DNA of 15,853 nucleotides from Octopus sinensis (taxonomy: Eukaryota). The position numbers and the translations under genes were made by a program. How positions within the stretch are numbered: the stretch's first letter is position 1; the number at the start of each line of letters is the position of its first letter. The stretch covers positions 1 through 15,853 of the forward strand of contig NW_021825400.1 of NCBI RefSeq assembly GCF_006345805.1. Reading direction: 5' to 3'. Under the pieces are notes generated by a model. It did not search any database. It saw nothing but the letters and a program-made list of their open reading frames with translations, and was not told the origin of the DNA. This document shows positions 1 to 10,049 of this stretch, in pieces.

Positions 1-54
1 TGCTCCAGCATGGCCGCAGTCAAATGACTGAAACAAGTAAAAGAGAGTAAAAAG
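1..54 (+). mobile_element. 3' end of a tRNA-derived SINE (octopod-type, recognised)
   Basis: tgctccagcatggccgcagtcaaatgactgaaacaagtaaaagag is the terminal segment of the family seen at 15437-15853, followed by GA/TA simple repeats. Family identity is from recall, not a search. Confidence 0.7.
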
Positions 55-66
55 TGAGAGAGATAC

Positions 67-99
<33 letters not shown>

Positions 100-503
100 A
101 TATATTATATATATAATTACCTGGTTGGTTTTAAAATGTGTGTTAGCTACCTTCAATATTTTATAATCTTCACATTGCCATTTTTTGAAATCAGTCCCTA
201 ATTCCTATGGCATTCTCAATGATACTGAGAGGCGTTAGTTAGCCTCCACCAGCCGTAATGGAGTGAGCATTGCTGATGAGTATTAACTTCCTATAAGAGT
301 TTACCATGCTAATCTAATCCATCTGGCTTACCGTGGGGAATGTTCTCCCCACTGTCAATGCAAACAGACCATATCTTCTTTTGTGGCTCAGGAGTCTATG
401 ACTAATATTTCTAATAATGCTGGTGCTCACTGCACTCTTTTCACACTTAGTGACTGTGAATTATTTCCTTGTTGGTTTCAAATTGCCGATAGCCACCACA
501 ATT

Positions 504-682
504 TATATATATACACATCCATATATGTGTGTGTATATATATGTGTGTATATATATATGTGTGATGTATATGTATGTATATATATATACATATATATACA
601 GCAATTTAATAAATAAAACATATGCATACATACATACATATATGTACATACCTACATCTATACGTATATATACATACATATA
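504..682. repeat. Compound (TA)/(TG)/(TACA) microsatellite
   Basis: Directly visible; source of several spurious Y/I/V/C/M-rich ORFs. Confidence 0.95.
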
Positions 683-840
683 TGAGTACAGGACACCAGA
701 AAAAAGCGTAGAACACAACGAGAAACGAAGACAAAAAATCAAACAAGGAAACAGACTTTTTTTCCAACAACGAAAAACAGGACAAACAATACAAGGAAAA
801 TTCCCTTCTTCACTGGCCCTGTTTCGACTCAATGCGTATT
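683..840 (+). repeat. Unclassified A-rich interspersed-repeat-like segment
   Basis: gagtacaggacacc...gagaaacgaa...caaggaaaattccc.ttcttca resembles an octopod repeat from recall only; embedded between TA/CA microsatellites. Confidence 0.3.
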
Positions 841-842
841 TT

Positions 843-879
<37 letters not shown>

Positions 880-882
<3 letters not shown>

Positions 883-1017
883 ATAATGAAGGGTGAAATT
901 AATTAATTTGGAAAAATTAGTAATTACTTAAATTTTCCTCGAATGAGGCTTTTATATGCCGAAGACTACTTGTTGTAATTGTATTTTTCCAAATTATTAA
1001 TTTCACCTTCATATTAC
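880..1017. repeat. Imperfect fold-back (MITE remnant-like)
   Basis: 880-927 (gtaataatgaagggtgaaattaattaatttggaaaaattagtaattac) is the imperfect reverse complement of 975-1017 and of about 1567-1613. Confidence 0.65.
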
Positions 1018-2108
1018 GATCCCAATTTTTATCTCAGTCAGTATATACCACAGCATCTTGTTTTGGCTACACGCGGGTGGGAAGGGGCTTTGACACAATC
1101 GTTTCATTCACAAATTGAATTCGGGAACCAGTTGCGGATTCTACTCGCTCTGATACTGAGTGGAGTTGGTGCCTTCTGGTATCTCAAAATTCAATATATA
1201 ATCATTTATGATTATAGTATTCTACGCTGAAGAGAAAAGAAGTTTCGGTAGATAGAATTATTTATTATGGTATATTTATATTTAGTTTTTATGCTTTCCT
1301 TCCTTAAACCTTGATTTCGAAACGTACGTCCGTGGATAACTAAAAAAATGTATGATAGATGCAGTCAATTCATTCTCTCACCCTGTTTTTGTCTGCCTTC
1401 CAAATGCTGTTTTTTTACTGAGATCTCCCTCTTAGTAGAAGAAATAGCTATAACCCTTTGACGCTATTTCTAATTCGTATGTGGTAAGGCACTCGTTGCT
1501 AACCCTTATTGCTTGTATTACTTAATTTTCCTCGAATGAGGCTTTCACATGCCGAGACTACTTGGTGTAATTGATAATTTTTCCAATTAATTAATTTCAC
1601 CCTTCATTATTACGGATAACATATTTTATCTCAGTAGATGACCACAGCATCTTGTTTTGGCTACACGCGGGTGGGAAGGGGCTGTTGACACAATCGTTTC
1701 ATTCACAAATGAATCGGTGATCAGTTGCGGATTCTAGCTCGCTCTGATACTGAGTGGAATTGGTGCCTTCTGGTATCTCAAAATTCAATATAATCATTTA
1801 TGATTATAGTATTCTACGCTGAAGAGAAAAGAAGTTTCGTAAGATAGAATTATGTATTATTAATATTTAATATTTAGTTCTTATGCTTTCCTTAAAACTT
1901 GATTTCGAAACGTACGTCCGGGATAACTAAAAAAATGTATGATAGATTGCAGTCAATTCATTCTCTCTTACCTGTTTGTGTCTGCCTTCCAAATGCTGTT
2001 TTTACTGAGATCTCCCTTTTAGTAGAAGAAATAGCTATAACCCTTTGACTGCTATTTCTAAATTCGATATGTGGTAAGGCAACTCGTTGCTAAACCCTTA
2101 TTGCTTAG

Positions 2109-2110
<2 letters not shown>
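923..2110. repeat. Tandem duplication, two copies of about 594 bp (923-1516, 1517-2110)
   Basis: Both copies start attactta.attttcctcgaatgaggcttt and end cccttattgctt(a)gta. Long identical blocks run throughout; differences are mostly 1-2 bp indels. Confidence 0.95.
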
Positions 2111-2140
<30 letters not shown>

Positions 2141-2389
2141 TATATATTATATATATCTATATAATTTATTATATATATTACAGTTCTCTCTGTATCTTTA
2201 TATGGGTTGTGTGTCCTTGTATAATAAACATGGATAAAACACTTAAACATTTCATTGAGTATGAATTAGTATATTCTGGGTCACAAGTACAACACTGTTG
2301 ATTATTGTGACGTATAATACATGCGATAAAATCGAATGTTTGGAACAAAAGCAAATAAATTGAATAAATGTGTTAGAAGCATTGCTTAC

Positions 2390-2441
2390 CCACAGTCTTC
2401 AACTCTAATGTTCCCGTCACGGTTGAAAGGTCATGCTCAAT
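2390..2441 (-). CDS. Exon 6 (probable): continuation of post-LU region
   Basis: Acceptor catccggctttttcag, donor gtaagc, 52 nt. Phase-0 start matches exon 5 and reads IEHDLSTVTGTLELKTV(G). Short, so support is splice signals and phase only. Confidence 0.55.
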
Positions 2442-2541
2442 CTGAAAAAGCCGGATGTGTATATATATATATACATTAAATCAAGAAACAAAGCTTGATT
2501 TAAAAGCGTTGATATGTATTGAAAAATAAAGAAATAATTTA

Positions 2542-2832
2542 TTCTTGAAACGCAGGATAATGCTAATGATAAACGTGAACCGCATGAAATATCCATAATT
2601 GCAGATAAATCTGTCGTCAGCCAGCTATGTGACTACACCTCACACCCTGTGATTACGCTTCAAGTGCTTACCATTAAGCTAACTGCGCGAACGACAAATA
2701 CTTCTGCAAAGTTAGGCTATATACATCTAGCTTTATAAGACGCGTAATCTGGCCGCCGACAGAGTTTTCGGCAACAGGTGAATACGTTATCCTGTTCATG
2801 CTATACTATTAGCATTATCCTGCGTTTGAGAA
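2542..2832. mobile_element. Putative MITE with short terminal inverted repeats
   Basis: Exact 20-bp inverted repeat aaacgcaggataatgctaat (2548-2567) / attagcattatcctgcgttt (2808-2827). Imperfect extension to ttct..agaa, with TA at 2540-2541 and 2833-2834. Confidence 0.55.
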
Positions 2833-2987
2833 TATAATTATATAATATATTAGCTTGACACTCGGTAAAGTGGGGGAAATGAGAGGGTTTTTAATGTTCC
2901 GAGCATATCTCTTTTTCAGAAAGGAAAACGAAAATGTTGAGAAGAAAAATATTACCAAAAGGAAGTGTGTGATTACATATGTTCTTA

Positions 2988-2996
2988 TGTGTGTGT

Positions 2997-3043
<47 letters not shown>

Positions 3044-3066
3044 TGTGTCTGTGTGTGTCTGTGTGT
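2988..3066. repeat. (TG)n microsatellite
   Basis: Directly visible. Confidence 0.97.
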
Positions 3067-3441
3067 AAACACAAGATTAGTGAATATTTGAGTAGGATTT
3101 TATTTACTGTCAGAATCGGAAATTATAAGACGGAATATATAAAGACAAAATAGTGGATAGAACAGTCTTTTTATTGACCAGCAAAAATTCAGTAAGTTAA
3201 AAAAGAAAGTTTTATGTAATAGTTTACTATCAGTAAATGGAGTTGAATGTCTGAATTTCATGAAACCTCACTATTTATTTGACGTTTCACATTTCTTCTA
3301 TAAAATATGCATGTGTGTGTGTGTATGTGTGCGTGAGAGTGTGTATGTGTATGCATGTGTGCGCATGTTCAGTGCATATGTGTGCGCGCACGCGCGTCTG
3401 TGTACGGAGAAGAGAGAGAGAGAGGGCAGATATCTACTCAC

Positions 3442-3524
3442 GGCTCTTGATATGTTCTCAGCAGGGATTTTATATTCGTTGAACTTTTTAAAAATCAAAC
3501 GAAATACGAGGGATTTGGTCCAGC
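3442..3524 (-). CDS. Exon 5: post-LU region, domain unidentified
   Basis: Acceptor ttttctatatcaatccatag, donor gtgagt, 83 nt, phase 1-0. Joins exon 4 in frame (G|GC = Gly) and reads WTKSLVFRLIFKKFNEYKIPAENISRA without stops. Confidence 0.75.
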
Positions 3525-3934
3525 CTATGGATTGATATAGAAAATAATCGCTGCGTTTATAAATGAGACACACGTCATAGATGCACATAAAACCCACATA
3601 CGTAGATAAAAATATACATTCATAATCACATATACACTTAAAATACTATATATATATATATATTATTCTTATTCTACCTATTATATACGTTTTTATTATT
3701 ATTATTATTTGCAATTTACTTAAGCATTGACATTTAATTGTTATTTATTTTTTATATTTCTATTATATGTAATTTTCTAGATGGTGTAATTTAATTGTTC
3801 ATTTTGAATTGATAAAAAGTGTTTTTTTTATTTTTATTTTTTATATATATCTTATATTGTGTGAAATTTGATTTAGTATTTCTAAATTTAATTTTTCCCT
3901 TGTAAGTTTGGATTTTATTCACTCAAATAATAAT

Positions 3935-3937
<3 letters not shown>

Positions 3938-4005
<68 letters not shown>
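3938..4005. repeat. (TA)34 microsatellite
   Basis: Perfect TA run, directly visible. Confidence 0.97.
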
Positions 4006-4008
<3 letters not shown>

Positions 4009-4029
4009 CTTATCATTCCCTTTCTTCCT

Positions 4030-4303
4030 TCCTTCGCTCTCTTCGTGTATCGTTATCAATGCCTGCACATGGATGATTGGTTCCATACATCGTTAGGACC
4101 TTTCTTGACTTCCTGTCCAACTCCTTTAGCTTCTCCTCTGTCCACTTCAGTTTTCCAGCGTCATTCCGAACTACTGCGACTGCGTGCGAGTTTATCGCCG
4201 AAATTATGTTCCAGGCATTCAGCTTTCTAACCAATATTTTGCTCACTCGCCAAAAGTGCTCTCTTTTACTCTTTTCCTTCATGTCGTGGTGTTTGATTCC
4301 ATC
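4030..4303 (-). mobile_element. R4/Dong-like non-LTR retrotransposon fragment (post-RT region)
   Basis: Reads MKEKSKREHFWRVSKILVRKLNAWNIISAINSHAVAVVRNDAGKLKWTEEKLKELDRKSRKVLTMYGTNHPCAGID, matching the R4-clade pattern AINxxAVxVVRYxAGxxxWTxxELxxLDRKTRKxxTxxGxxHP. Confidence 0.85.
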
Positions 4304-4494
4304 TGTGTGTGTGTGTGTTAGAGAGAGAGAGAGGGGGGAGAGGGAGAGAGAGCATTGCAAACAGTATATATATACACACACGTATACACTCATCAAAATA
4401 TTCTCCCGTATATTAATTACTATAAAATGTTCTTATTAACTATCAATTTGTAATAAACTTGTTGGTGTTATATTAGACAATAAATAACACTTAC

Positions 4495-4678
4495 CAATGA
4501 AATCATTCTTGTTACATAAGTGTCCGACGCAACAACCAGTACAAGACGTGCCATTCGTCCGTTTATTGCATGTAAGGGTATTGTTTCTCATAGCTTCAAC
4601 ACATTTTCTGTATGTGCTGCAGGACCTTTCAGTCTTCAGTTTAGCACCGTTCATTGATATTGCGAATCGGCATACAGG
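4495..4678 (-). CDS. Exon 4: C-terminal part of three-finger/LU domain
   Basis: Acceptor ctattattacag, donor gtaagt, 184 nt, phase 0-1. Reads PVCRFAISMNGAKLKTERSCSTYRKCVEAMRNNTLTCNKRTNGTSCTGCCVGHLCNKNDFI(G), ending in CCxxxxCN, the LU hallmark. Confidence 0.92.
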
Positions 4679-5029
4679 CTGTAATAATAGATATGAAAAT
4701 TATACACTACAACAACAATATTTATTAGGACGATTACTGCTAATACAGCACAACAACAGAAACAAACAACACCACTGGGGATGTTTACCATGCAAGTAAG
4801 TTTAATCATTGCTTTAAAATACCCAAAAGCAATAAATGAAACCGTAAAAGAGTTTCCGAATTGTTGAAAGTTAACAGCATAAGTAAAATTCCGTAAAAGT
4901 TATTGCTATTTAGTATTCAAAATCATGTTTTAAATGCTTACAGTGTCCAAACCTCTCGGATCACAAGGAGATATGGCCATCGGATCACGGTCTGTATCAA
5001 AACCGCATCGCACTGTCACCCTCGCCCAA

Positions 5030-5230
5030 CTTAAAATAGGTCAAATTACCCAATAAAGATGTATCATTCTCTAAAATTTCTCTTCTTACTGGAGGAATGC
5101 TCAAGAGAATTTTTCATATAAAATTTACGGAAAATCATGGGTACAAAAACTCACCAACAAGAGAAACTAATATGCCTACCCAAAGATGAAAATGAAATAT
5201 AATTGTCAGATTGAACTCCTCAGTCCAAGC
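5030..5230 (+). mobile_element. Possible highly eroded L1/Tx1-like LINE fragment
   Basis: EKLICLPKDE (about 5161-5190) resembles the LxLPKxxGGLG motif; there are interrupting stops. Confidence 0.3.
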
Positions 5231-6229
5231 AAATAAAACAGAAAATACATAAACGAACACAAGAGAAACTTCGTTTTATTTTGCAAGTATATTTTATATG
5301 AAAATACGGTATATTAGTATAAAATTTGGAGAGAAAACAACCAGGTCTTGTTAACTTAATAAGGACATTCTGAAAGCGAAAAATATCAGAATGGAGAAGA
5401 ATATTTAAAGAAAAGAATCCATCACGAAAACGCAATTAATAATCGCAAACACCTAACATAATAAAGCAATGAAAATGTAGACATTGAAGTTAGAAATAAG
5501 ATTTGCATTGCCTTAGTTTGAAATTGAAACTTGTTTCTTCCAATGTTGGAAAAGTTTTAGAAGAAAATTGGATCTCCCAAACTGAGTGAGGATGTCATGA
5601 AAAAATAACCAATGATAGTGTCCGAAGGCTGGCGTCTTCAAAAGAGCCAATGGAGTCTGTGATTGCAAATGAATGAATCATTACATAAGCTAACTCAGCT
5701 TCAAGAAAAGGAAGGTCTGAGATCAGAACAGACAATGAAACAGGCAACAGAATGCAGCCATGCCTTATGTCACGCTCTATTCTCCTATATTCTCGTAATG
5801 TGAAGCATTGATCTGTGTCATTACCGGTGTCTTTTATTGTTTCTCTTGTGTTCTTTCACCAATGTACAACTGTGTATTCAGAGATATGCCTGACAATTTT
5901 AATTTGTGTTTTAGCTGCGTTTTAAGTTATAGGTTTTAACTTTCTGTGAAATAATATGACCCCCACCTATTATGTTCTGGAGAGCTTATTGTACTACTTG
6001 ATGTGAGGGAAGATTTAATCTGTTTCGAATAGTTCATAAACCCCGTATATCAAACAACCTCTTTTGCTATGGCCAGCAGATGAAGAAAAGTGTCATTTGC
6101 TTCTTAACTTATTCAATCCGCTCCCTGTAATGTTTGCGAACTGGTGGCCTGTTCGACTTCCAGTTTTACCCCTCTAAGTTTAGTGACCCGAGGTCATTCG
6201 ACAAGGAACCTTGATTCCAAGTTGACTTC

Positions 6230-6420
6230 TGGCCACATACATTCATACATCCTACTCTAAGGACAGCCATGTTTGTCGGAGAAAGGTCACTCTAAGTTCG
6301 TGTGTTCGTTTTTGAATAGTATTCCTGGACAGGGTAGAACGTTGCGTCCTTGAACAAGGCACTTCATTTCACTTTGTCCCAGTCTAATCAAGTGAAATGT
6401 GTCCCAACCTAGTGATGTTC
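6230..6420 (+). mobile_element. Possible third SINE family fragment
   Basis: gtccttgaacaaggcacttcatttcac (about 6345-6371) resembles a conserved SINE central-domain motif; boundaries are approximate. Confidence 0.4.
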
Positions 6421-6623
6421 ATCTATTTCTCTCTTCAATCGTCACATCCTTCTCGTCCCATTGAGTCATGAATAAGAAGATCGACAGGGTGTGTGTATGT
6501 CTACGCAGGCGCATAAAAAAAAACTAGCGAAAGCATAGTACAATCTATGTGGACTTAATGGCTTTCGAGTGACGGTTGTGGATATATTTTAACGAAAAGG
6601 AAGAAAGTAATATTCCAGTTTAC

Positions 6624-6715
6624 CTCTGTTCCTGGACAGCTTGTCACTTCCGATTTATTGCATTTAATTCCTGAACATGTTTGACACTGTAAATTCCGTT
6701 GAAATAACGAGTAAT
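6624..6715 (-). CDS. Exon 3: N-terminal part of three-finger/LU domain
   Basis: Acceptor ttgtattctgtag, donor gtaaac, 92 nt, phase 1-0. Reads YSLFQRNLQCQTCSGIKCNKSEVTSCPGTE; LQCQTC matches the LxCxxC start of LU domains. Confidence 0.88.
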
Positions 6716-7215
6716 CTACAGAATACAAGTAAATATCTGTATTTATGAACCAAATAATGCAATGCATAGCAATAACAAGAAATATTTTCTTTCAGATGTA
6801 AAAACAAATGTATGGCGTGTTAGTATTGAATCAATACATGTTAGACATATAAAGCAAATTATTAACAAAGACTATAAACCTATTTTCATGTTCATTCGGA
6901 AACGTTTCAATAATGTCACACAAATTCAACTGAGAGAAGCATGAAAGCCACTTTGTTGTCCTTTTAGTATTCTGATGTAACAAACACCGTGAAAATCGTT
7001 GAACAAGTCAAAAAAGGGATTAAATTTGTAAGTTGCAACCATTGATCAGTGGAAACTCCCTAATGAAACCTGAGAATCTCATTTTAAGTTATATGTTACA
7101 ATGTCCATATAGTAGTGAGGAAGACGGCCCAATTATGTGAATGAGCAAAACAATATTTGGATAAACAATAAAATTATGATCACTAATATTGTGCTTTTTC
7201 CAATATACACACATT

Positions 7216-7299
7216 TATGTATGTATGTATGTATGTATGTATGTATGTATGTTGTGTATAGTATGTATGTAAGTTTATGTATATGTGTATGTATGTATG

Positions 7300-7328
<29 letters not shown>
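7216..7328. repeat. (TATG)n microsatellite
   Basis: Directly visible, with one degenerate interruption. Confidence 0.97.
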
Positions 7329-7329
<1 letters not shown>

Positions 7330-7330
<1 letters not shown>

Positions 7331-8655
7331 GGTTTTAGTTGCCAATCCTGTAAATACATTGTAGATATTTAGCTGGGCTGAAAAGTCACATTCGATCACA
7401 GCACCAGTAACAGTTAGCTTCGTCCAATGGCCATACTCGGTAACAAGGGGCAGCCATAATAATACATGTATGTATTATGTATGTTTTTTTGTCATTATTC
7501 ACTGTTATTTCAAGATTTGTTGGCAATAGAGGAGAAAGTTTCTATCCTCACCTACGGCTCCATTGGAATTTCAACAACATCAATATTGCCATCACCTCGG
7601 AACTTTCTACCAACATATCCATGCATAGTCTTCTGGTTCATAGATACTCATCCGTTCATCTAATGATACGTTGCGGTAGAGTCGTGCGACATCTTTGAGC
7701 ATGTATTCTGTTATCAGATAAGGATGTTGGCTCAAGGAGCTGCCTTCCAAGTCATATGAAATTATGCAAACTTGGTCAAGGGATGCACTTTGACATTTTT
7801 GGTTATAAGTGTTACCGAAAGGATATGATACGACATTCAAAGGCATCGATGTTAAGCCCCTGCCGCCTTGTTTTCGTTTTAAGGAGAGGGGCTCTACTTC
7901 ACCGTTTATGTAGAAATTATGTGTACTTGTCAGTATTTTCCGGGTTTTCACATAAACAGCTCGGATCTCATCAAGTGTCCAATAAAACAGCCCAAATGTC
8001 AGTATGAGTACTTGCACAGCAATTACGTTGTGGGCCAATATTTTATTGAATGCATAGATTTCTGCGTTCGAAATTTTATTTATTCATCTGTAATGTTCTT
8101 TGTTTATACTTAATGACACCTATAAGTTAATGGTACCTGTAAAACCACTTGTTTTTTGTTACAGGTGCTGTTATGAGATATTTTTTCATCCACCCCTAGA
8201 TATCTGTAACATTCCTCTTCAGATATAGGGGAAACTGTCAGGTCATTGATGGTGATGTTGCTAGTCTGGTTTACATTTTTTTTTCACCATGATATTATTC
8301 CTGAACAAACGCCAACCCCACCTTTTTTAGATGTTGACCCAGTCTTTTTCTCATCCATATTCTTGCATTTGTTTCATAATCTCAGAAACAGTGCTGGCTT
8401 TTTTGTAATTTTGGTTCCTTTGAACCAATGAGATATCCTTAACATGAATGACATGAGGTTTACAGAAAGTATAAACAACATCATAACGAGGTTGTCCCCT
8501 TGGAATATACCTTTGCGATATTGTATTCTGTCAGTGATAATAATCACTCTGTGTTTAATTTCATGATGGTGGCCCACAATGGAATCAGGTCAGCTATGGC
8601 TTTGATTATGGCTCACTGGAAATTTAGAAAGCTGAAGGACTTCTAGCATCCATGA
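7330..8655 (-). mobile_element. Degenerate R4/Dong-like LINE fragment including reverse transcriptase
   Basis: Motifs in the expected order on the minus strand: HSWMLEVL (about 8655), IQYRKGIFQGD (about 8500-8530), eroded (Y)MDD as NMDE (about 8355), LKRKQGGRGL (about 7855-7885), KTMHGY (about 7625). Many stops and frameshifts; the lower boundary is approximate. Confidence 0.8.
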
Positions 8656-8777
8656 GTATGTATGTATGTACGTATGTATGTATGTATGTATGTATGTATG
8701 TATGTATGTATGTATGTATGTATGTATGTATGTATGTATGTATGTATGTACGTATATATGTATGTATGTATGTATGT
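8656..8777. repeat. (TATG)n microsatellite
   Basis: Directly visible. Confidence 0.97.
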
Positions 8778-8859
8778 CCGTATGTGAAAATGTGTGAATG
8801 AATGTGTGTGCGTATGTACATACATATACATACTGACTCGTATATTTTCTCGAGTGATG

Positions 8860-9040
8860 TGTTTCATCGGACTCCATTTTAAGTCTGTCATTTGGAACCT
8901 TCGCTGTTTATGCCGGATTCTTCTCCGTTATAAACAATCAAGGCTGGTCTTTGGTTTCAGGATATCTTCCTACTTTCCCCCAACCAATCACAGCAGCCTT
9001 CTGAATGATCATGAGCATTGACTGTCTTCCTGGCTAAACC
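8860..9040 (-). mobile_element. Possible 3' end of an R4-like LINE running into (CATA)n
   Basis: Minus-strand MIIQKAAVIG resembles the C-terminal IQKxxxLG motif of restriction-like-endonuclease LINEs; weak. Confidence 0.35.
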
Positions 9041-9564
9041 ACTCACTTCTCTCTCTCTCCCTCCTCCTCCTCCCTTTTCCTCCCACTACTGCTTGGCTCC
9101 TACTAACAGTTTACCTCCCCTATACGCACATATACCGCACCCTTCTTCTCTCCCTTTCCATTCGTGTTCACTCTTCTTCGAATAAAACCACTTTTGCTCT
9201 TCTCTCCTTCTTTCGTCAGCCATTTTCTGTCTCTCACTTAACCCATGTGTACCAACCCTTTGCTTGTACAGTTTACATTATTTGACCTTCATGAAGTGTG
9301 CCATCTTTTTCAGACATTTAACATTACTGAATGTTTTGCCTGCATTTTGCCCTTTCTTGTCTTGGTATTTGATCTTCTGAAGCAACTTTTCTCTCTTATT
9401 CGATATTTATCCTATAGATTCTACTGCAACTGTCCATGTCACGCCTTGCTGACTTTACAGTGTTCCCAGAGCATTGAACAGCAGTGATGGTGTCTGAATT
9501 GTGATAACCGTCATGAATTATCATGAATACAGGTTTCTCTCTTCCAATATTTAGATGGCTTTCA

Positions 9565-9765
9565 AGGCGGCAAGCTGGCAGAAACGTTAACATACCGGGC
9601 GCAAAGCTTAGCAGTATTTCGTCTGTTTTTTCACGTTCTGAGTTCAAATTCCACCGAGGTCGATTTGCCTTTCATCCTTTTCGGGTAGCAGTTTCGTACT
9701 GGGGTCGATCTAATCGACTGGCCCTCTCCCCCCAAATATCGGGCCTTGTGCCTATAGTAGAAAAG
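9565..9765 (+). mobile_element. tRNA-derived SINE (second family) with 16-bp target-site duplication
   Basis: A-box-like tggcagaaacgtt (9576-9588) and B-box-like gttcaaattcc (9642-9652). Identical direct repeat aatatttagatggctt at 9546-9561 and 9766-9781. Confidence 0.8.
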
Positions 9766-10049
9766 AATATTTAGATGGCTTCCAGTCCGCCATATCAGCT
9801 TTTTTCTCAGCTATAACTTTATATTTATGTTCTCTAACGCCTTTGCTTACCAATACACTACGTTTTCCTTAATATAATGGGACATAAAATCGTTATATTT
9901 AATACCGACACTCTGTATATCCATTCATCTACCATCTTCAACGCTCATTATTCCTGGGAGGGTCATGAGGACATCCGGTGCCTCAGGTACCTCCTGCATA
10001 GGTACTATCAGAGGCAACTGCCAATACCATACTGATTGAATTCTCAAGC

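Noticed and set aside
332-410. Possible further minus-strand exon ending CACG|gtaagc
   Set aside because: Two weak acceptors give different frames, there is no recognisable motif, and no phase link to upstream exons can be established.
417-896. Longest ORFs in the track (417-896, 503-832, 383-616)
   Set aside because: They run through TA/TG/TACA microsatellites that lack stops; no protein-like composition.
4436-4654. ORF MNGAKLK...CCVGHLCN as a stand-alone three-finger toxin or small Ly6 peptide
   Set aside because: No signal peptide, only part of the cysteine set, and bounded by a phase-0 acceptor (4679-4680) and a gtaagt donor (4489-4494). It is an internal exon.
6695-6697. Alternative phase-0 acceptor tttacag|TGT that would rescue the uncorrected exon-2 frame
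   Set aside because: It would remove LQ before the first LU cysteine and leave the LRRCT with three cysteines. The frame-corrected model gives four cap and twelve LU cysteines. Not excluded without RNA data.
8590-8891. HTYI-repeat ORFs (also 7133-7399)
   Set aside because: Translations of (CATA)n microsatellites.
9851-9912. Candidate exon ending in a gtaagc donor (SVGIKYNDFMSHY...)
   Set aside because: Purine-rich acceptor and wrong end phase for exon 3; unnecessary once the exon-2 frameshift is recognised.
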